A stretch of 54,311 nucleotides of DNA from Catajapyx aquilonaris (Eukaryota), in the NCBI GenBank assembly GCA_000934665.2, contig JYFJ02002605.1, positions 1-54,311 on the forward strand. The letters are read 5' to 3'. How positions within the stretch are numbered: position 1 is the stretch's first letter; the number at the start of each line of letters is the position of its first letter. A program made the position numbers and the translations under genes. The notes beneath the pieces were generated by a model that saw only the letters and a list, made by a program, of their open reading frames with translations, made no database searches and had not been told where the DNA came from. Shown here one piece after another: positions 24,468-32,978 of this stretch.

Positions 24468-27400
24468 ATAGCCGAAAGTCCGTTACAACCAAGGCTGTTA
24501 TATCCGGAGTCAACTGTATTATTAATGTATGAACTTGACACTTTGTGGTCTGAACGCCTGGGCAAGTTTTGATCAAACACTTACCTGCTACTTGCTTGAA
24601 CTTACTGACACAAGGTTTTAATTTCCAGCCAAGAGGCACTTCAAATTATGAAGAAAGATGGATTATTCAACCTTGCTTCTGAGTGCTACCAGCTAATTGA
24701 AGGGTTGCCTCACTTGGACCTGTGCATGGTAGAACTGAGTACTGGTGAAGAGACACCCTTTGTACTCCTGTTTGATGAAACTGCATTCACGGTAGCATTT
24801 TATTTACATGCTATGCCCATCAGCCTTCTACTTTGGTCCCACGGTCAAGAGGAACAGCTCCAAGCACTCAAGTCATACCTGGATGCAGGTATGGTGTTTA
24901 ACTGAAGTAGATATGTCATGTGGCTAATGAAATGCATATCTGGATTTCAGGTTTACCGATAAACCCAACCCGCCTGGATGTGTCCCATCCTCTGGCATTT
25001 TTCTTGAATCATAAAGCCAGCAGGGGGCTTACTAATTCCCTTCATTTGTCGATCCTCCACCTGCTGGAGTCTCGAGGTCTTGACCCAGACTACACATCAA
25101 AGGACAACACCTTTGGGGTACCAGATGCACTGGTGGCAGCGAGCATGAGTGACTCCAGAACCCTGGCCTTCCTCCTGGCATTCTCTAGGACTACACCAGA
25201 GAAGATTCTTGACTGGTGCCTATTGATTACTGGTTAACCTGGATCAGTGGTTCCCAACCTACTTACCCTTTTCCCCTTTTCACTTGTGACATGAGACAGT
25301 TTGTACAACCCACTCCAGTACTGTTACCTCATAATAGTAATTGTGGGCATTTACTAGTTAGTGTGATGGATGTGTTTTCTTTATTTCCCACAATGGTTAA
25401 TATTAGGGACAAGTGATGTCAATTTGAACCTGAGGTACAGTATTTCTCAACACAGAGTTGACGAATTTACTTTGTTTTCGTAGACTTTAATGCCAAAAAA
25501 CCTGCTTTACGTAAATAGGTAGAGCACCGGTTGTCAGGCCCAGATTGTCTTCCATTTTTTCACCCCGAAAGTTCACAAGTGTTTTTTGCCCAAATTCACA
25601 TTTCAAACTTTCATTAGTAGAAATTTTGATAAGCTTTTCCTGAATGCTGAAACTGCACTGACATGTTCAGAAGTGGTAAAAATATCTAAAGCTGCATTTA
25701 CATGTGGGCAATTATCGCCGAGCCAGGAAATCGTAATGAAACCAGTGATTTGGGCCGAAAGTAGCAATCGTGTTTAAGAAGGGAGGGCATCGGCAAGCTC
25801 AGGTCTGCTTAAAATTGACTATGGCGATGACATCGCCGGCTTGTAAACACACGGCGATGTATAAGGGCTATTGCTTGCGTCATGACGTCAGACCCGCTAC
25901 AACTCATGGGATCAAATTGCCCACATGTAAACGCTGCTTTAAACTCCTGATCCAATTATTGATTGGCATGTCCATCTCAGGGAAATAATTTCTAATCTAA
26001 ACCAGTTGATTCATGCGTATGGTATGTTGGCTTGGACGCTGACTTCCACTGGGCCTTTACTGTGGCTTTGAAATTCTTGGAGTGTTGCAAGCAAAGAAGG
26101 CACTTCCTTGTACACAACATGAAGAAATTCCAGTTTTGGGAATGTCAATGAATATTTTCAAAAGTCTTATTTTCTAATCATTCCTTCGATTTTGTCTCGC
26201 ACATTAAAAATATATTGGCAGTGATGCCTTGAAGCCCTAAGTTTAACCCTAATTAGATGGGTGGTTTTTCGTGTTTTTGCAAGGATCTGCAAAAAATTCG
26301 CTTGCTTTGTCACGTGGGGAAATACACTAGTGAATAAGTTCGTATAGTGTCCAGGCTTGATCCTGAGGCCATCTATGTGACCCTCCTGTCATACCATACG
26401 CAGTGGAAATTCTTAAATGGCCAACGAGGTGGCGCAGGGGATATGTTTCATGCCTACTCCAATTTTTTGTCACTCTGCCTGCTTGACAAAAAGTATATCG
26501 GTATGTAGCCCTGGCACCGCTGAACAAAGCAGTACATAAGCACATGGCATGAATTACGTCACAGACCTGCCAGGCGAGCTGCTGTGATAAACACACAACC
26601 CCTCCTGAGTGTAAACATCCCTTACGCCACATCTGTTCAAAAACCCTGCGGGGCATGAGCCCCTCCATCCTGACAGAGGCCAGCCGGGAGTTGCGCAGTG
26701 GCCCGCCAGCAGCTAATTGGCATTTAAGAACATGATTTATTTATTTTAAGGCAATTGAATTATCCTTTGCACTAATTTTAGGGTGGAATCTCTTGAGGAG
26801 GTTTGGGGGCAACTACGTATGTATGCCAAAATTTGCCGCCAAGGTCAGATTTTTTTAAAAAAATTGCAGTTTTTTTTCAGCGGTCGCAAAAAGATGTTTT
26901 CATTCAAGTTAATCTGGTTAATACGTATATGCAAGATTTTGTAGTCCAAAACTCGCGATTTTTTTGCGCGAGAGAAAATTTAAAACGCCATACAGAACCA
27001 CGTTACATAGTGAAAAAACGCTATCGTATTGCCAGCAGAAATTTTTAAAGCCACCTTATCAGCATATGATACGCCTGTCTTATTAGGGTTAATTCGTTGA
27101 GACACGAAAAATTTTAGGTCAATTAGTTCATTCTCAGCAGCCGGAATTTATTTTCAAAACCTTCACAACTGTAAAATTGAATTAGTTAGTAAAAGGGCTG
27201 AAGTCCACTTTTTGACATTTTTGAGTTAACTGCCTTGTTGCTTCTTGAGTTTCAATGTATGTTCTGAATGAAAACAGCATCAGTCAAAAGCCTCTGCATG
27301 TGAAAAATCGTCACTAAAATATAATAGCAAAAGGAAGATGGGAATGAGTAGGATATTTTTATGTTTTTTCTCAGAAATTTGTTGAAATTGGTTCATGGCA

Positions 27401-30400
27401 CATTGGCCCTTTTCCTACCAACTGATTCAGTTACTTTCCTAGCAACCACATACCCCATGAATTAAAATACTTCCACCACTACTACTGCAAACAAAACTCA
27501 GGCTGCAAAGGAGCACTATACACTCATGGGAATAAGTGTGCACTTGTTCTGCACCTGGAAGACATGTAGGCTATACTTTGATGTTCCATGGTCCTGCATA
27601 TTGACCCCATATGGAAGTAATTTGCTCATTTCCAGTCCGACCGACCGCTGGTATTTCCACATGTTTCCCATGTATCCTTAACTTCCTGCTCCAAGCTTTC
27701 TATTATGAATCAGGAATGTGATTCCCACAGATGTAGAGACTGGTTGCCATTGCACAATATCTTTTGCATACCTCTGTTTGAAAACCACTGATCTAGATAA
27801 TAGTTTCTCTATATGGATTCCATACTTGCTAAGCACATCTGTACAAATTTCAACAGGTGGGCTGGTATACTGATGGGCAGTGATGGTGGTGTGAGGGTGG
27901 TGAGGGAAGATCATCAGACCCTATTTGCAGCCCACATGAAGGCCACTTGCAGTGTGGCAGTCGAGCTAGGAAGGCATTGTTTGGGCCAGGAATGTGTGAA
28001 GAGGTTCCAAGTAGCAGTGGAAGCAGCCACGGAAGAGGAGGCTGACTGGGAGGACCTGAAGGCGCGCATGGGTGAGATATCTTTAGCTTGCTACCACTTG
28101 TGGGGTTTATGTTCAACACTTCAATTGATATTTAGGGTGCTCTTTGGCAGAAGAGTTTGCTTGATAACTGCCTGCAACTCTTGTACCATGATACTTGTTT
28201 ATAGCAGACTTTACATATAGTGGAAACTTGCCTCAATTAGAAACTTCTGGAAGTCCTGCCACAGTGAGGTAAGGTTTTCACAAGGGGGTACTCATACTGT
28301 TTTACAATAATATTGTATAAGCTAAGTGTCCCAGTAGTCGACACGTTAAGGAAAAAAATTAGCATCGGACACTCTCTCCAGGGGAATAATATATTGAAGA
28401 AATCCTCGATAAAATATATCTTTTGAATCGTCAAGACTTGCTCTTTCAGCCAGTGCATATTCTTGCCACATGAGGCAGGGTAATTTTGAGTTAAAAATTG
28501 TTATATGCAAGTGTGCAAATGGTACAGTAGTCAACACCCAAAATGATGACTGTTCCAATAGTTGACACCCATCATGTTCCAGTCGTCGACATCCCCTGTA
28601 TTTACTGCTGTTGTGTAAATATCATCAGGAAAGCCTAAGTTTTGAGTCATGTCGGGTTGACATAACTTAATTCAGCTATTAGACTTTATTAGGAATAATA
28701 CTGTTACAATAATGCTGTGTAAGTGATGAATCTAAGTGGAGTTACTGCACTTTAAATTATTCTGAAACACACGTGCACTTAAGACCACATGCAGTGCAAA
28801 GCTACACAGAAGCAAAGGAAATTCAAACAGCCCAGAAGTGAAACAATGACTTAATTTAAGCCCAAACTAACTTAACCCTAATAAGATGGGGGGTTTTTCG
28901 CGTTTTTGCAAGTATCTGCAAAAAATTAGTTTTCTTTGGGACTTGGGGGACGAGACTTGACAACACTGGTGAATAAGATCGTATAGTGTCCAGGCTGGAT
29001 CCTGAGGCCATCTATGTGACCCTCCTCTCATGCATACGCAGTGGAAACTCTCAAATGCAAAACGAGGTGGCGCAGATGGGTTTGTTTCGCGCCTACTCCA
29101 ATTTTTTGTCAGTAGCCTTGGCACCTCTGAACAAAGCCGTACATAAGCACATAGCATGAATTACGGCACAGGCCTGTCACGCGAGCTGTGTTGATAAACA
29201 CTCACGAGTATTTTAAACATCCTTCAGCAACAGCTATTCAAAAGGCGCGGGGGACATGCTCCCTACAGCCACACGAAGGCCGGCGTTGAAGTGCGCAGAC
29301 TCCCGGCAACTGGTAATTGACATTTACGAACATTATTTATTTATTTTAAAACTATTGAATCATCTTTTGCACTAATTTTAGGGTGGAATCTGTTGAGGAG
29401 GTTTGGGGGAAACTATGTATGCCAAAAATTTGCCAGTCAAGGTCGGATTTTTTTTTTAAGTTTTTTTTCAGCGGCCGCAAAAAGATGATTTCATTCAAGT
29501 TAATTTGGTTAATCCGGTTTATTTATGCACGATTTTGTAGTCCAAAACTCGCGATTTTTTACGCGAGAGGAAATTTAAAAAGGCACACAGAAACCACGTT
29601 ACATAGTGGGAAAACGCTATAGTTTCCCCAGCAGAATTTTTTAAAGCCACTGTCACAGCAAATGTGACGCCCGTCTTATTAGGGTTAAATGCCTGATATT
29701 TTTATTACAGGTATTTAATGGAAAAGTATGTTATTGCACTAAAATTAGTTCCTGGAGATTCCAGTACAGGTAGGTATTTTTGTGATTAGGCAATCAGGCT
29801 AATGGCTATCATAATTAAAGAAAGGGTGACCCAAAATTAAAATTAATTAAAATCAGGGGTTGTGTCGGGGAACACAAAAATTCACTATGTGAGAGGAACT
29901 AGTCGACATCCTAGTGTTCCAAAGGTTGACATGGTGTGTTGACTGTTGGTTTCTGATGTCGTAATATTAATTCTCAATGGTAGCATTCGAAATGTTATGA
30001 AACGATTGTTACATGTAGGTGTAGGTCTTAAAATTATTCTGAGTTCCTGAAGTCGACATCCATGTCGACTATTGGAACATCAAGGTTTTTTGGGTCCCAG
30101 CTAAACCTTTCTGTACATAAAATTGACATAAAAGGACATCCAATTTGGAAAATTATAAGCATTTATTTCCTTTTCTGCTCAAAAAAACCAAAGTAACAGT
30201 TCCACTCCTTTATATGCAAGGTTTTAATTTCAACATGCCTCTTACCAAATCTGCCAAGAAAAGCACCATTTCACCATGTCATAAGTCAAATTTTCGTCAT
30301 AACTGGTAATAACCCGATTATTATTAACCACAGTTATTCATAATTAACTATGGTTACGATGAAAATTTGACTTATGATATTTGATGAATCCACCCCCTGA

Positions 30401-30822
30401 GTTGTATTTTTTGATGTAATATTTTTATTTGTTTATTATTTAACATTTTCAAACCTCAGATAACTGAAATCACTGATGACGGTTGAACACTGTACATAGG
30501 CATGCTGGTATTTCAATGTACACTTAGGCCCATACTTAGGTCACCTTGCTTAGCTTATGTGCTTCAGTAACTGATGAAGAACAGGCCCTTGATGTTATTT
30601 AGACTGGTTTCTGAATGTGGTGATTATATTGCATTGGCAGATTGCGTCCCAACCCTGCAGCACTTATGCAGGTGGAACATTCGCCAAGCACTGTCGGAGT
30701 CTCTCCATCCAGGCCAGCTGGTTAAGGGCGCTGTGAAGCAGCTGAAGCTACCTGAGATCATGAAGAGCTTTCTCGTCTATTCAGATGTGGATCTGCTCAA
30801 GTTCCCAATAGGACAGGGCTAG
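12781..30822 (+). CDS. Ankyrin-repeat and SOCS-box (ASB-like) protein, ~583 aa; join(12781-13329,17548-17603,17901-18056,24629-24888,24951-25232,27731-27856,27931-28071,30641-30822)
   Basis: All 7 junctions are phase-compatible (0,2,2,1,1,1,1); total 1752 nt with no internal stop; ankyrin-like GMSPLMKAVRAGDFDIVEIFVDARADCS; SOCS box PTLQHLCRWNIRQAL...LKLPEIMKSFL; AATAAA at 31003 and 31074. Confidence 0.75.
14578..14948. mobile_element. Putative non-autonomous DNA element in a (CATA/CA)n tract, carrying an internal (TAACC)n telomere-like array
   Basis: Imperfect inverted ends ATTAGCTGTGGGGAC and GTCCCCAGAGCTAAT; about 7 TGGGGAC motifs in both orientations; TAACC array at 14641-14772. Confidence 0.6.
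14641..14772 (-). repeat. Interstitial (TTAGG)n-like telomeric repeat with three copies of a 30-bp higher-order unit
   Basis: CTAACATAAACTATACTAACCTAACCTAAC at 14641, 14671 and 14701. Confidence 0.85.
15534..16135. mobile_element. Tigger-like MITE nested in the Tc1-like element
   Basis: TA|CAGTAAAACTTCTATAAGT ... ACTTATAGAAGTTTTACT; internal TAACTCGAA repeats. Confidence 0.78.
16220..16958 (-). mobile_element. hAT-like deletion derivative retaining a C-terminal transposase fragment
   Basis: TIRs TAGGGACAGTAGGAATTGT and ACAATTTCTACTGTCTCTA; minus-strand FPTSNVDCERFF..MVLTDKRTNLTLTNLE resembles the hAT dimerisation motif; about six copies of the 22-bp repeat AATTGTTGGAATGAAATGCYCA at 16233-16357. 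Confidence 0.65.
17548..17603 (+). CDS. ASB-like coding exon 2
   Basis: Polypyrimidine tract and TTTCTAG| acceptor; GAG|GTGAGA donor; phases 0 and 2 fit both neighbours. Confidence 0.65.
17901..18056 (+). CDS. ASB-like coding exon 3 (ankyrin repeat)
   Basis: TGCAG| acceptor; ankyrin-like peptide; putative GC donor AG|GCAGGT. Confidence 0.72.
19296..19645 (+). mobile_element. SINE family A (older copy)
   Basis: A and B boxes, poly-A tail, TSD GTAACAGAAGT (19284-19294) and GTAGCAGAAGT (19647-19657). Confidence 0.88.
19938..20308. mobile_element. Decayed MITE-like inverted repeat
   Basis: TGCTGATATTAGGTCCAATGCCCATGTA at ~19942 is the reverse complement of TACATGGGCATTGGACTTAATATCAGCA at ~20279. 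Confidence 0.55.
20374..20674 (-). mobile_element. tRNA-derived SINE family C (tail type 1)
   Basis: Head homologous to 33995-34170; TSD AAAATTCAAATG at 20362-20373 and 20675-20686. Confidence 0.85.
21003..21170 (+). mobile_element. Degenerate copy of SINE family E
   Basis: CAGCCTTCCAC.TCT.AGGTCC and GAGTTT..GGGTTCTCT shared with 32650-32800. Confidence 0.55.
22809..23678. mobile_element. Second Tigger-like MITE, nested in the EnSpm-like element
   Basis: TA|CAGTGGAGCATCAATTATCTGAACA ... TGTTCGGATAATCGATGCTCCACTG|TA. Confidence 0.82.
22929..23313 (-). mobile_element. tRNA-derived SINE family D (tail type 2, (TTA)n)
   Basis: TGGCACAGCGG and GGTTCGATACC boxes; TSD AGGAGCAATAT at 22918-22928 and 23318-23328; homologous to 36177-36567. 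Confidence 0.88.
24629..24888 (+). CDS. ASB-like coding exon 4
   Basis: TTTCCAG| acceptor; CAG|GTATGG donor; open frame matches ORF 24648-24905. Confidence 0.72.
24951..25232 (+). CDS. ASB-like coding exon 5 (degenerate ankyrin-like)
   Basis: Follows a 62-bp intron with GCTAAT branch site and TTTCAG| acceptor; LHLLESRGLDPD is ankyrin-like; donor G|GTTAAC is weak. Confidence 0.68.
26247..27088. mobile_element. piggyBac-like MITE, copy 1
   Basis: TTAA|CCCTAATTAGATGGG ... CCTGTCTTATTAGGG|TTAA; colinear with 28876-29684. Confidence 0.85.
27731..27856 (+). CDS. ASB-like coding exon 6
   Basis: TTCCCACAG| acceptor; CAG|GTGGGC donor; phase 1 to phase 1 with an open frame (not in the ORF track). 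Confidence 0.6.
27931..28071 (+). CDS. ASB-like coding exon 7
   Basis: TTTGCAG| acceptor; ATGG|GTGAGA donor; encodes ..EEEADWEDLKARM just before the SOCS box. Confidence 0.7.
28876..29684. mobile_element. piggyBac-like MITE, copy 2
   Basis: TTAA|CCCTAATAAGATGGG ... CCCGTCTTATTAGGG|TTAA. Confidence 0.85.
30641..30822 (+). CDS. ASB-like terminal exon (SOCS box)
   Basis: GGCAG| acceptor; BC-box TLQHLCRWNIR; Cul5-box-like LKLPEIMKSFL; TAG stop. Confidence 0.85.
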
Positions 30823-31154
30823 ATGCCTAGATGTATGCAGCTAATGAATATTCCACTAATTCTAAGAGTGAAGGTCTAAGTACCTGGATAAACATGTGTG
30901 ATTTTTAATGTCCTGCCACCTCTAAGATTTGTAGGCCCATGGTATAAGGAGGTAGGATAATGCGTAGCTGTTTTTAGGAAAGAGAAATTTCACCATGATT
31001 TCAATAAATTTTATGTTAAACATTTCTTGGTACCAATAAGACTTGTGAAGTAAAGAGAGTCCCTGTTACATATAATAAAATTCTCTTGCCGTTCATCACA
31101 GCAAAACAATCGAAGTAGCACGTGCATCTTTATTTATGAAAACTTTAAGGCTTT

Positions 31155-31198
31155 TCATTCAGCAGCTTTCTGGATCACCGTGACTGTGTATTCCTTAT
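31155..31198 (-). CDS. robl: Roadblock terminal exon
   Basis: CTTCTTTTCAG|AT AAG GAA TAC.. gives [14 protein letters not shown]; polyA signal about 20 nt downstream of the stop. Confidence 0.88.
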
Positions 31199-32903
31199 CT
31201 GAAAAGAAGTGAAAACATTGTTGAACCCTGTGGAAGTGTAGTTATTATTATTTATAATGCCCTGCCCTCTCTCTCAGTATTGTTGTAAGTTATTAAATAA
31301 CTAGAAGCTTTTAGCTGCACCAAGCTCTTGGCTGCACTCAGCATTTTTATAACAAAATTGGGAGTTCTTTTTGTCAACTTCACAATAATTATGTTGACAG
31401 ACATATTGACTTAATTAAATGGAGCTCATAAGGACTTACTCAATTTTTAAACTTCTGGAAATAATTCCATTGTGACTCGAATCGATCTGCATTTCAAGTC
31501 TTTATATGTAGTTGGACGAGTTGCGTATATGAACTATACAGCCTATGTCTCGGAATGACTACTCGAAAGCTTCAAATGTGAAATAAGCTTACTTGAATTT
31601 TCGCAAATGTGAGTGTTAATGTCCTATAAAACCTATACACTGAAGGACATGGGGGTAATTCCATGCCAACTGGGCTGAAATTGAATTATTTGGTCGGTAA
31701 AACCTGCAGAATTTTGTCAAAAATATTATCGCTATTTTTATTTTTTTATTTTATTTTATTTTATTTACCCCGTGCCAGGCATCAATGGCCTATTTGGGGG
31801 GTGGCACACCACCATCAGTTTTCTCTGTCATTTTTCTTCAGTCACCGGTGCAAGGAGTCAAGGATGTAGGGTAAGGGTAGGGATTTTTGGGGAGGGAACA
31901 TGGGGGGCAAGTGCATTGTCTACAACATGGGTCATGTGCTGTCCCCCAGGAGGTTAGGTTGCCAGACACCTCCTTGGTGCAGGTCAGAGACCCTCCCGAC
32001 GCAGGTGAAAGGAAAGTTCTCCAGGCGGGGATCGAACCTGGGGCCTTTCACTCAGCAAGCCGTGACGTTGCCATCACGGCCACCACACCTCCCCTATTAT
32101 CGCTATTTATGTGAGTGAGTGCATGTCAAAACACAAATATCAGATTTTTCCTTCTAAAGCGAAACAAGATGCTGTATGCATAAGTAAAAAAAGGGCATTT
32201 TCACGAAAGTACTATACACCATATTTTCCATCTCGCAAATTACCTCCACCACCTAACCCTGTGATACAATAGAGTAATATCAAATTAATCCAACTGTAAT
32301 TGATATTGTGAATATACATATGAAGCATTCCACGTCAACGGAGCCACCCTTTGCCGTGATCTTGTCCTATTTTGACCAAATTCGAGTATGTTGTGGTACT
32401 GTACCCATACATGTATGTATGTAAACGAGTTTGTTTGGCTCTACGATGTGCGGTTCCAAAACCACAGGGTGTCATATGTGCCCATTTTCGAGCACTTTTG
32501 CTCGGTTCGCTGTCACTCAGACGACCATATCTTCTGAAAGGAAGGGTTAATACTGACGTTTAATGTGTGCATTCGAAGCGTAATGTCACGCTCTATGAGA
32601 TGATCATTTTCAAAATTGAAAATTCCGAAAAAGTAAAATGAAAATGGGCGGGGCGACATGGTGGCCGAGTGGTTAGCGCCGCAGCCTTCCACCTCTAAGG
32701 TCCCGGGTTTTATCCCCGGATCGGACGGAGGATACTTATGTGAATAGAGTTTCGATGGGTTCTCTCCGTGTTCGCGTGGGTTTTCTCGGGGTACTCCCGT
32801 TTCCTCCCACTATCAAAATCCATCACATTACAGGCAAATGATTAAAGTCGGTTATTCAAAAGATGATCCCCTAAGAGGCTCAAGGGGCCTATCACGGGGT
32901 ATC

Positions 32904-32978
<75 letters not shown>

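Larger units (their letters stand above)
21263..24516. mobile_element. Tigger-like element, outer layer of a nested cluster
   Basis: TA|CAGTTGACTCTGGATATAACAG ... CTGTTATATCCGGAGTCAACTG|TA. Confidence 0.8.

Noticed and set aside
27813..28220. 135-aa ORF as a single exon
   Set aside because: Splice phases fit better with two exons (27731-27856 and 27931-28071) separated by a 74-bp intron.
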